A DNA stretch of 64,000 nucleotides, from assembly GCA_964016885.1 (NCBI GenBank), contig OZ024742.1, forward strand, positions 267,654,001 through 267,718,000. The letters run 5' to 3'. Shown here in pieces: positions 25,877-37,401 of this stretch. Source of the stretch: Eledone cirrhosa (taxonomy: Eukaryota). The position numbers were made by a program, and so were the translations under genes. The stretch's first letter is position 1, and every line of letters begins with the position of its first letter. The notes below the pieces were generated by a model. That model saw only the letters and a program-made list of their open reading frames with translations. It made no database searches and was not told where the DNA came from.

Positions 25877-27025
25877 TTCCCTTGCTTTTATCGAGAATCT
25901 AATTGTAATACGTGACGTATTCTATTCTATAGCGATTAGGTCTTCAAAATGTTTATTATAAACATACAGAATATTTTCGAATATTCTATGTCTATATTCA
26001 CATATATATCGCTATTTCAGAGCATTTATTCCAATTTCTAATTTCTGCCGGACCGGCAACCGCTCTTTCAAACCAGTTCCTGTACACAGCTAAGTATTCT
26101 ATAAGTCTCTAGCTGTGTCATTCTCGATAAAAGCACTGGATATGTAGTCCTGATGATTTCTAACGAGAATGAAACGCGTAGATTACTTCCCTTGCTTTTA
26201 TCGAGAATCTAATTGTAATACGTGACGTATTCTATTCTATAGCGATTAGGTCTTCAAAATGTTTATTATAAACATACAGAATATTTTCGAATATTCTATG
26301 TCTATATTCACATATATATCGCTATTTCAGAGCATTTATTCCAATTTCTAATTTCTGCCGGACCGGCAACCGCTCTTTCAAACCAGTTCCTGTACACAGC
26401 TAAGTATTCTATAAGTCTCTAGCTGTGTCATTCTCGATAAAAGCACTGGATATGTAGTCCTGATGATTTCTAACGAGAATGAAACGCGTAGATTACTTCC
26501 CTTGCTTTTATCGAGAATCTAATTGTAATACGTGACGTATTCTATTCTATAGCGATTAGGTCTTCAAAATGTTTATTATAAACATACAGAATATTTTCGA
26601 ATATTCTATGTCTATATTCACATATATATCGCTATTTCAGAGCATTTATTCCAATTTCTAATTTCTGCCGGACCGGCAACCGCTCTTTCAAACCAGTTCC
26701 TGTACACAGCTAAGTATTCTATAAGTCTCTAGCTGTGTCATTCTCGATAAAAGCACTGGATATGTAGTCCTGATGATTTCTAACGAGAATGAAACGCGTA
26801 GATTACTTCCCTTGCTTTTATCGAGAATCTAATTGTAATACGTGACGTATTCTATTCTATAGCGATTAGGTCTTCAAAATGTTTATTATAAACATACAGA
26901 ATATTTTCGAATATTCTATGTCTATATTCACATATATATATATATATAATATAATTATTATATATATTTATATATATAATATATATATATTATATATATA
27001 TGTATATATATATATATATATAAGA

Positions 27026-27056
<31 letters not shown>

Positions 27057-27059
27057 AGA

Positions 27060-27131
<72 letters not shown>

Positions 27132-27138
27132 TATATAT

Positions 27139-27760
27139 ACGGAAAAAAGGAAAGGAAATTTCATTTCCCACTCTTAGTACGGCTGTTACTTAAATATAAG
27201 TATGTACACGTACATACATATATGTATACAGACGTACAGTAGTATGTACACATATATACATACATGCACACATATATATATATATATAAGTATGTATACG
27301 TACATACTTATATGTATACAGACGTACAATAGTATGTATATATATATATACATACCTGCACACATATATATATATGTACGTATGGATTCACCGAACATTT
27401 ATAATAATACTCAGTTTCTTTGTTAACAAACATCCCAAATTAAACCGTACAGTATTTTGCAACCATCGTTTCCCTTTTGTTCAGCACTGACAAAGGAACG
27501 ATGTACTAGTTTCAAGCTTATTAGCTATCGTCAGCACCGTATAACGATAAATGGAAAAAATGAAACGAAATTTCATTTCTCACTCTTAGTACGGCTGTTA
27601 CTTAAATATAAGTATGTATACGAACATACATATATGTATACAGACGTACAGTAGTATGTATAAATATACACACATATATATATATATATACGTATGGATT
27701 CACCGAACATGTATTGTAATGCTCGGTGTGTTTGTAAACAAACAAACAAACAAACAAACT
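27139..27760 (-). mobile_element. Family B HHR element, partial tandem (HHR at 27498-27540, - strand)
   Basis: Minus strand reads acggug CUGACGA uagcuaauaagcuu GAAACUAGUA caucgu. The terminus is repeated at 27141 and 27553. Confidence 0.85.
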
Positions 27761-27813
27761 GAGACATCTCTCTGCCGCGTGTAGCAGGACGGTCGCTTTA
27801 GTATGTATAGTCT

Positions 27814-27900
27814 TGCACGCGCTGATGAGCCATAGTCTACTCCATTTCAGTCAACTACCTCGTTGGGAAACAAATCTCTTTGGATTTGTAAGCGTGTGCA
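27814..27900 (+). ncRNA. Degenerate type I hammerhead with long stems
   Basis: tgcacgcg CUGAUGA gcca...ugg GAAAcaaaucu..ggauuuGUA agcgtgtgca. Appears to have lost a few nt next to the core. Confidence 0.6.
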
Positions 27901-28195
27901 TTTATAGTTACAGAGGTACGTATATACATTTTAATTTATATTTTTAATTATTGTCTATCTACCCTGCCTTCCATAGAGTATAGATTCCATACACTGGTGG
28001 TTTTCCCTGTTTTATTGATGGCACACTCTCTCCTGTGTGTTACCTTTTCAACATATTATATTTTAAAGAGCTCAGGATTCCTTTTCCTTTGAGCACATTA
28101 TTGACAGGGAATAGCGAGAGTCTATGGCTCCGTTAATTTATCGTGATATAATATATATATATATATATATAATATAATATATATCATATATATAA

Positions 28196-28246
<51 letters not shown>

Positions 28247-29013
28247 TATATTTATTAACGGTGAAAACAGCGATTTTTGCTTAAACTTTAATCTGTTATT
28301 TTAATAAATATGTATATTATATATATATATATATATAGATATATAGATATATATAATATAGATATATAGATATATATTATATATATATATATAGATATAT
28401 AGATATATATATAATATAAATATATATAATATATATATGTATATATGTATATAGATGTATATATATATATATATGTATATATGTATATATATATATGTAT
28501 ATATATAAATATGTATATCTGTATATATATATATATATATGTATATATAAATGAGAGGTATAGAGATTGTTTTAGCAAGAAGCTAACGGCATTCTATAAC
28601 ATATATGCGACTATAACGTCAAGATGGGAAAAGTAGTTAACGAAAGATTTAGGAAAAATAACTCAAACTCATCTCAAAAGAGAATCAGGATGTAAATTCA
28701 TCCACAGAATTTAGTAAAATCCAGGGAAAAATCTATAGACCTTTAACTCATGATAAAATAAAGTTTGAAATACTTATCCTTCAATTTGGAATAACATCAA
28801 ATGCTCTGTATAGTCTTAAAAGACTATATGTATATATATATATATGTAAGAATGAAGTAATTCTGTCGGAAAAGTCCAGGAAAAAAGTGCTCTATGTAGG
28901 TAACAGAGCTTAATAGACGACAGGATTTTTTCATTCTGATGATTGAAAGCAAAATATTTTTGCTTTTAAAAACCACTGGTAAATGAAATAATTGCCTTAT
29001 GTTGTTTATTACA

Positions 29014-29060
<47 letters not shown>

Positions 29061-29069
<9 letters not shown>

Positions 29070-29607
29070 GAGAAGAATGAATACTGCTTGGTTGCACATG
29101 GGTTACATATGATAAATATAGTCTTTCATCAGTGATTTTCCAACCTTCATTGGTATTTCATCGCTTTAAAAATCATATACCTCCGGTTGGTGCGAGCAAT
29201 AGCTAAATAAAGCTATTGGGACAAGTAAATCGCGTAAAGCGAGCGAGACAAGTAAACAAATATAGAAGGATAGCAACGCAAAGATAGGAAAAATCAAGCA
29301 CATGGGAGTCCGATCAGTTTAAGCTGTGTGGATTTTATGAGTGAGATACAACAGACCGTGCGACGCGAGTGAGGTGTGAGCAAGAAAGCACCCCAATTCA
29401 GGCCAAAAGGGAGGAAGTGAGAAGGGTAGAAGCAGAGAGTGAGCGAGTGGAAGTGCGAGGAAGAGGCCAGTCGAGAGAAAGTGTAACTGACAGAAGGGGC
29501 GAAAGAAGTTGAGAGAAACAGAGAGAGGGGGGAAGCAGTAGAGAGAAACAGACAAACGCAGATGGGGAAATTATATATAAAAAACATGAGAAGAATGAAT
29601 ACTGCGC
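29061..29607 (-). mobile_element. ~517-bp element with a terminal direct repeat, carrying the permuted hammerhead (29121-29222)
   Basis: aaaacatgagaagaatgaatactgc occurs at 29063 and 29581. Homologous to 35434-36035. Confidence 0.8.
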
Positions 29608-30800
29608 CAACCATCTCACCGTATGTGGCCTGAACGAATGCCATCGGAATTAGGGCCGAACAACACACCATCTTCAACCTACCGATCCACACACACCCCA
29701 GACTGAAACTCCCCCCTCCCCACCCTTCTTCCTTTAGCATTCTACCGTTTCCGTCCCCCTCCACTACACCACCTACTAATACCACCCCTCAACTTCCAGC
29801 CAGCCCACCCCCTTCTTTCACCCTACAACTAATAATACTACCCCCCCCCTCAATCACACATGCACCCACACCCTCAACACGCACACACGCACCAGTACAT
29901 ATATACATTCACTCACACTATTCACACACCCTACTACCATATCTAACCCCCACCCACACATCCACATCTGACCACCCCACCACAAATAATACTAAACCTT
30001 CCCCCAACCCACCTTCCCCCTCACCACGCACACACGAACACACACCAGCATACATACATTCAACCACACACACGTACACATCGACACACAACCCTCTCCA
30101 CACCCACACTACCACCACTAAATCCCACCCACACACCAGTATTCGACACCCCCTCCTACCAATAATAATACTAAGACCCACCCAACACACACACACTCAC
30201 ACACAAACACTTACACCATTTTCGTACACATGCAACGATACAATCCCACGTATCCACACCACACAAAAACACCCACACACGTTTGTATCGTGACATACAC
30301 CTACTCTGCCTCCGGAATCTGCCTGCACCCCACCCCTCTACCACACCCCCTTCGACACCTCTCCATCCACAGGCACACACGCACTGAATACACCCCACCC
30401 CATGTACACACTGGTTTTCCTATTACCGGAGCATGGATCTCGTTCTTCTCCAAACTCTCACACTCACATCCACACACATGTCCACCTACACACATACACG
30501 CACACCACCTTCCCCCCTCCCCACTCGGACCTCATGTTTCCTTCTCCCCATCCCCCCTCCTCACCTCACCACCACCTCTACACGCCTCACACCCTTTCAC
30601 CACTTGTTTTCATTTTCATTTTTTACCCCTTTTTAATGTCTTTCCACCACTTCCCCTCACACCCTCGGAACTATTTTTCTTCCCACCTTTCTCCTGATGA
30701 AGGGCTTATGCTCGAAATGTCCCCCCCCCCTCACTCTCAAGCGTGAACCTAATACCAACACTGTTCGTACTGCACTTACGTTATTGTTTTTGTTTTTTGC
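29608..30800 (+). mobile_element. PLE 3' remnant: last GIY-YIG codons, C/A-rich UTR and a damaged HHR at 30691-30721
   Basis: AEQHTIFNL..HPRL resembles the PLE C-terminal EQxxIFxLxTxxPxGLN motif. HHR motif cuc CUGAUGA agggc-uuau-gcuc GAAAuGUC. Confidence 0.55.
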
Positions 30801-32545
30801 TTATATATATATATATATATATACGTGTGTGTGTGGGTGTGCGTGTGTGTGTGTGTATATAAATGTATATATGTATGTGTGTATCTATGTATATTGGTGC
30901 ACACATAATGTATATAGGCATGTAATTAAGGTGAATGTAACATACTTTATTTAGCTGAGATTATTCCTACATTCCCAATCACAAAATTTCTTTGGCTGAG
31001 CTGAGATCCTGAGAACCAAGCATGGTTGAAACTCCCTATAGTCTGATCTGATCCAAAATATTTTTGGATCATTTATCTGACAGTACATCTCGTCTTTATG
31101 CCATATTTGAAGAAAACGACAGAACTATACTATCTTATTAGATCTCCGCAGTCCTTTGTATTGCAATAATTTCAATATGAGTATGGCAGTATGAGTTGAC
31201 TATATATTGCAGCAATAACATAGCTATGTAGCGAAAAGTATGTTTGATACTCTTTTTTCGAGCATTCTCAGCAGCTAATTTTTTCTTTGTATGCAACATT
31301 TTGGTATTTTGGTAATATCCGTTTAGAATGATATTTCAAAACTCATTCCAATTTCCAGCTTGTTCAAGTTTTATAGTATTGTTCCCGAAAACTAAACATG
31401 TGTAGTCGTGTTGTGCTATCCTAAAAGTTCGATAGCCGAAACTGCCGACTCAGCATTACATGTTTTCTATAGGTAAGCAATATATGACATAACCGTTATT
31501 CTGAAGGCAGATCCTTTCACGTCTTCGGATATCTAAATATTATCGGTGCGGTTTGTAGGAGTGGCTTTAGTGATATCATAGTAGAAGAAACATTTCAGAA
31601 TCCGGGTGTATTCCGCTCTGAAAATTTGACAATACAGAGAGAGGAATGTTGGCTGCAAAGACTTGACATTTCTGTCAATCATTATACCACGACCACGAGA
31701 TGTATGACTTATTGCCCTGTGATCAAGTAATCCTTCCCATGTAGAACTCTAACTCTATCCCATCTATGTATCTATTTATTTATCTATCTATCCATCTATC
31801 TACCTCTATATTTCTCTACCTCTCTTTGTAAACTTCACGTTTATATTTGAAAACGAAAAGCAGAACATAATGTAGTAAATGAATTCATTCCATTACGTCA
31901 ATGTAAATATAAAGAATAATTCTATGATTACTTTGAGTCAGATATTGTAATAGGATTAATTAACAGAATGTTTTGAATTGTTGTATATTTTAAGAGTATA
32001 GCTAATTGAATATATGAATATTTATTACAAAAGCTTAGCGCATTAACTCTTTTAAAGAAATATATTTTAGACGTTTTGGCAAACAGAATAGGTAATTATA
32101 TATATTTCAATACCAAATATATATAATTGAATTTTTCATAATAGATTAATAGAATAATTATTTCTCTAAAAGATTTATAATATCAGAAAGTATGAACTAA
32201 AAAGTAAATTAAAACGCACAAAAAAAGAAATGCTTTTAAGTGTATTTATAATTGATAATATTGAGATAAAATGGAAGCGGAAAGAAAAATTTTGAAAGAA
32301 TGATTATAAAAAAATCAATAAAGTATAAATATTTCAAATAAAGATAAATTAATGTAAGAACAACTTTAAACTAAACTATAATAATCTTATAGATCTCAGC
32401 GGAATTATTACTGCAAATTAGAAGACATTGTTTAACAATTAGTTAATGTATATTAAAACCAAGTCATTGTGTATCTCAAATTATACCACGTTAGCGACCT
32501 GTGGAAGCATACAGACACACACTTATATATATATATATATATATT

Positions 32546-32611
<66 letters not shown>

Positions 32612-32657
32612 TAAACGGAAAAGAAAATGCTGACAAATTGTTACAACTCTATTCTTT

Positions 32658-32695
<38 letters not shown>

Positions 32696-32702
32696 TACTA
32701 TC

Positions 32703-32909
32703 CGTACTATCCGTCAGGGTATAATGTGGGGCTGTAATACAGGAAAGCTTTGAGCAATTTATGTTTACAAGCCGAAATTGCCTCAGATTTTTTGTTTAAG
32801 ATGTGGTTTTTGGCGTAGAGTATTTCAAGAGCCTTAGCGTCGCTGAGGTCATATGATCTTTTATTTCCGTTATACGATCTAGCCCTATTATACCCTAACG
32901 GATAGTACG
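32703..32909. repeat. ~207-bp element bounded by 23-30-bp inverted repeats
   Basis: cgtactatccgtcagggtataat / attataccctaacggatagtacg. Confidence 0.7.
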
Positions 32910-33574
32910 AACTATACGCGGATATTTTACGTCTTGATGTGGTAGCTAAGTATATGTTATGTTTATACCATTACTTATTTGTATAGGTAAGTATATATTA
33001 CCTGTATGTTTTGTGAAGGTACGTATACTTCCTCGTACGTATATTTGATTGTATGTGTTTTGGCGTATATATTATATATTCTGGTACATATGCTTTTGGT
33101 TCTGTGTATACGTGAGTTTTGCGTCTGTGTGAGTATGCGGGTTCGTACATATGTAGGGTGTGTGTATATGTGTACTTAGTGTTTTGGTTGACCTACGTCT
33201 CCGAACATATGTGTATTTACATGTAGGTATGTGTGTGCGCTTGTTGTATACGTATTTATTTATTTATATACGTTTATTTAATTATATGTATACACGCACA
33301 CACACACATATATATATACAATAATATATATATTTTTATATATAATTTTATGTGTATTTGGTGCATACATTCGTTTGCGTGCGGGTACAGGCGTTGCGTG
33401 GGTTCTGTATGTGCGTGTATTTGTATACCTATGGCGAGTGTTTTCGCACATGCTTGTGTATGTACGTATATGGATGCGTGTATGTATTTATTTAATTTCG
33501 ATTACCTCTGTATTTTATTTACTTTATTCTTAATTCTGAAGACGAGAATCATTCGGTTTCCTAGTTAGAATTTT

Positions 33575-33985
33575 AGTCTACGACTCCAGTTATACCATTT
33601 ACGTGGTTTTGTCTTTGCGTGCTATTGTTCTCCCCGCTCCACATATGATGTATTATCTTCGTATTTTCCGTTCATTGCCAGAGAACGTCTCTATGAACCA
33701 CCTAATAGAATAATAGTCTACGACTTCTTTTATACCATAAAGGTGGTTTTGTATTTGCGTGTAATTGTTTTTCACTGCTCCAAATAATGACGTATTATCT
33801 TCGTTTTTTCCGTTCATTGGCAGAGAACGTCTCTATGAACCACCTAATAGAATATTAGTCTACGACTTCTTTTATACCATAAACGTGGTTCCGTCTTTGC
33901 GTGTAATTGTTTTTCACCGCTCCAAATAATGACGTATTATATTCGTGTTTTGCCGTTCTTTGTCAGGGAACGCTTCCACGAACCA
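33575..33985. repeat. Diverged ~141-bp tandem repeat, 3 copies
   Basis: tagtctacgact at ~33575, ~33714 and ~33856. Confidence 0.85.
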
Positions 33986-34234
33986 AAGTATCGTCTTTCT
34001 GTCTTCCTCCGGGTGCAACGTTTTTTGAAATATTCACTTCCGCGTTCACAGATTGACTTTGTTAGTTTCAGAAGATCCGTTAAGGGTGAAAGCAGCGATT
34101 CTTTGCTTAAACGTTAATCTGTTATTTTAATAAATATTTGCTCTACGATTCTTATATATTTGATATATATTTATCCTTATCGAGCCCTCTTTGGATTTTA
34201 GTCTTCAAATTTATTATTATTACTATATATATAT

Positions 34235-34342
34235 CCCGCCGAGGTTGACTTTGCCTTTCACCCTTACAGGGTCGATAAAATAAAGTACCAGTAATGTACT
34301 GGGTAATTGTTGGCCTTGTGCCTAAAGTAGAAACAATTATTA
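34235..34342 (+). mobile_element. 3' half of Nin-domain SINE
   Basis: Matches 47698-47803. Confidence 0.8.
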
Positions 34343-34367
34343 CTATATATATATATATATATATATA

Positions 34368-34518
34368 TTTCGTTTCTGAATTTGTTTAGCAAGATTCTTT
34401 ATCCGAAATCGTGTGTTGAAACCGATATTGTTATACTTCGGGAGGGTCATGTTGCCAATAAGAAACACACGCACCAGTGCGTGTGTTTCTTATTGGCAAC
34501 ATGACCCTCCCAAAGTAT

Positions 34519-34525
<7 letters not shown>
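34368..34525. mobile_element. Short palindromic family A insertion (ends only, no HHR)
   Basis: Arms meet at gcaccagtgc (~34475) and have the same long and short termini as 9394-9996. Confidence 0.85.
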
Positions 34526-34571
<46 letters not shown>

Positions 34572-34745
34572 TAATAAAGTATATATATATATATATAATA
34601 AAGTATATATCCCTATATGCACAAAGCGCATAGGGATGTCCATTTATTTTTGAAACTCGAAACCGATTCGGTAAAGGTAACCATAGTGAGTAAAGTAAAT
34701 TTTTTAAAATTTATTTTGAAACTTTTTCTTATTTGCTAAATCTTG

Positions 34746-34798
<53 letters not shown>

Positions 34799-34800
<2 letters not shown>

Positions 34801-35190
34801 TCTGCGACTTCACAGAACTTATGTTTACCGAATTCGCAGACCCCTTCTTCCTCCCGTTAGACCTGTGCGAAATTACTTCCTTGCTCACATTTCAACCAGG
34901 TTTGATGGTTTTTAGTCTCTCGTTCACGATTTCACCGAGTTTATATTCATAGAAATCTGGGACTTGTCTCTTTCTTCTCACTTTCTGTTGCTTAAACCAT
35001 TTTGTTTTTTCACCCCAGCGTCCCCTTTATTTACGTGTCCCAACGACTTTTTTTAGCCGTTGTTCGCACCAACCTGAAGTATATGGCCTTTAAAGTGATG
35101 AAATGCCTAGGACGGTTGGAAGGCCACTCATGAAGGACTTACTTTTTCATATGTAACCCATATGCAACGCCGCAGCTCCATTATTATAAT
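34799..35190 (+). mobile_element. Element carrying the permuted hammerhead (35037-35138; core mutated to CUCAUGA)
   Basis: Close homologue of 5075-5250 and 5480-5535. Confidence 0.8.
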
Positions 35191-35194
35191 ATTT

Positions 35195-35296
<102 letters not shown>

Positions 35297-35345
35297 ATTG
35301 GACACTACCGTAAACTCTTGGTAGATTTATCTACATATATATATT

Positions 35346-35433
<88 letters not shown>

Positions 35434-35440
<7 letters not shown>

Positions 35441-36035
35441 ATATGGGTGAGAAGAATACTGCTGGTTGCACATGGATAACATGTTATAAAATGAGTCCCT
35501 CATCAGTGATTTACCAAACGATCATGGGTATTTCATCGCATTAAAAATCATATACCTCACGTTGGAGCGATAATAACTAAAATAAGTTATTAGGACAATA
35601 GAAACGCATAAAGCGAGTGAGACAAGTAAACAACACAGGGGGAAGCTAACCGAAGATGGAAATAAACACAAGCAACATAGTTATTCTTTCAGCATAAGCT
35701 GTGTGAATATATGAGCGAGTCAAGAAAACAGACCTTTCGCTAGTGAATCCGGTGTTAGAAAGAATGAAAACCGTGTTCCCAGCGAACGGGAGGAAGAAAG
35801 AAGGGGAGAAACAGGGACTGAGTGAGTGGGAGTGCGAGGAAGAGGTCAGTAGAGAGAAAGAGTTAACTGAATTGCAGTTTGGGTAAATATATGAAAATAT
35901 GGGTGAGAAGAATACTGCTGGTTGCACATGGATAACATGTTATAAAATGAGTCCCTCATCAGTGATTTACCAAACGATCATGGGCATTTCATCGCATTAA
36001 AAATCATATACCTCACGTTGGAGCGATAATAACTT
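35434..36035 (-). mobile_element. ~455-bp unit plus partial tandem copy, carrying permuted hammerheads (35495-35596; truncated 35951-36034)
   Basis: atatgaaaatatgggtgagaagaatactgctgg occurs at ~35434 and ~35889. Confidence 0.82.
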
Positions 36036-36493
36036 ACCATTGTACTCAATATATATATATTGCCCATTATTTAGCTTTGTTAGTGTTGTCTTATAGATGT
36101 ATATTATTGAGGATCGAAAAGATAGACAGAACTCCCATCTAATATAGACCACACAAATTCTACTACAGTCATAAATACTTCATCGGTCAGATAAAAACCG
36201 ACTATACGATCACCTGACCTACATTGTTTAAAAACACAGCTTATCTTTACACTTGATATAATACAGCCTACGTCAGTCTTTACATGTCAATTTTATACAT
36301 CTGCCTCATGTCAGCTAGTTTTACACGCTAAAATCATAGATATACTATACTTCCCACCTAGATTGATGTTGTGATTATTTCAAATAATTTATTGCTAGCA
36401 TTGTTGATATTGTTGTTATTGTTCTAACTGAATGCAATTACTACTACATATAGTAGCCTGTATATTCTTTTCATGCCTGTATACTCTCTTCAT

Positions 36494-36613
36494 TCTCGCA
36501 AGCTCCGATGAACTGACTGGTTATAATGTTGTATTGGCGATCGAGTAACGCGAAAATAAGCGGATAGCGATCTCTAGACCTACCAGTTCAGAGAAAAATT
36601 GTCAGCAATGAGA
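36494..36613 (+). ncRNA. Degenerate hammerhead-like motif with a large loop II
   Basis: gct CCGAUGA acugacuggu...accaguucaga GAAAaauuGUC agc. Confidence 0.4.
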
Positions 36614-36687
36614 TTAAAAACCTTTTTTGTATAGCAAACCGTGTCACTCTTCTTTCCTGATTTATATATATATATATATATATACAG

Positions 36688-37010
36688 GACAAAGACCCCA
36701 TTCGGTCACGAATGTCCATGCGATTTGCACCTAGAAAGTTCTCCTTATAAATAGGTTGTCTGTGGAAGACCGGCAGTCGTCCATGCAAACCAGCCCCCCC
36801 CCCCCCTCTCCACGCCACCGATAATCTCTAAGGGAAGACAATGGCCGAAACAGCTTGGCACCAGTGACGTCGCAACTCATTTCTACAGCTGAGAAAACTG
36901 GAGCAACGTGAAAATAAAGTGTCTTGCTCAAGGACACAACGCACACCCGATCCTAGAATCAAACTCACAACCTTCCGATTGCAAGCGCAATGCTCTAACC
37001 ACGCCTTCAC
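36688..37010 (-). mobile_element. tRNA-derived SINE
   Basis: Minus strand has an A box (tggttagagc), a B-box-like gtttgattc, then gtgtccttgagcaagacactttatt typical of conserved-domain SINEs. Confidence 0.75.
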
Positions 37011-37033
37011 TATATATATATATATTTATATTT

Positions 37034-37250
37034 AGTCTGGTTTGAAACACTGAACGAGTTTGAAATTAGAATTAGAAGCTTTCGCCGTATTTTTGAGTAT
37101 GAGTGTTGACGTACATACACGTCAATACTCTTCGTTTTCCATTTCTTAGAGTATTCTAAACGCCACTATCAGGCTAAAGTTTCTTTAGCCAAATATACGG
37201 CGGAAGCTTCTATTTCTAATTTCAACCTCGTTCGCTGTTTCAAAACATAC
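37034..37250. mobile_element. MITE-like hairpin element with ~55-bp imperfect terminal inverted repeats
   Basis: tttgaaacactgaacgagtttgaaattagaattagaagctttcgccgtat vs atacggcggaagcttctatttctaatttcaacctcgttcgctgtttcaaa. Confidence 0.7.
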
Positions 37251-37349
37251 TATATATCTATATAGTGAAGGTGCATACAGACACACACACAAACACACAT
37301 ATATATATATGTGTGTATGTCGGGTGTATATATATGGGGGTGTGTTGGG

Positions 37350-37401
<52 letters not shown>

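Larger units (their letters stand above)
22067..26939. repeat. Fold-back tandem array of a 310-bp hammerhead-containing monomer (~11.8 copies with HHR on -, then ~3.9 copies with HHR on +)
   Basis: gaataaatgc recurs at 22071+310n up to 25481. Orientation flips at 25728-25729, and atttctgccg recurs at 25731+310n up to 26661. Confidence 0.97.

Noticed and set aside
22067-26939. CRISPR array or ordinary centromeric satellite
   Set aside because: There are no variable spacers or cas genes and the context is eukaryotic. Units are identical 310-mers that each hold a hammerhead.
30960-31740. Possible host exon in unique-looking sequence
   Set aside because: No ORF of 60 aa or more, and no recognisable motif or splice pattern.
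33528-33572. Hammerhead at ttctaatt CUGAAGA ... agttagaa
   Set aside because: Stems I and II are plausible but GAAA is absent (gtttcc instead), so it is at best a decayed remnant.
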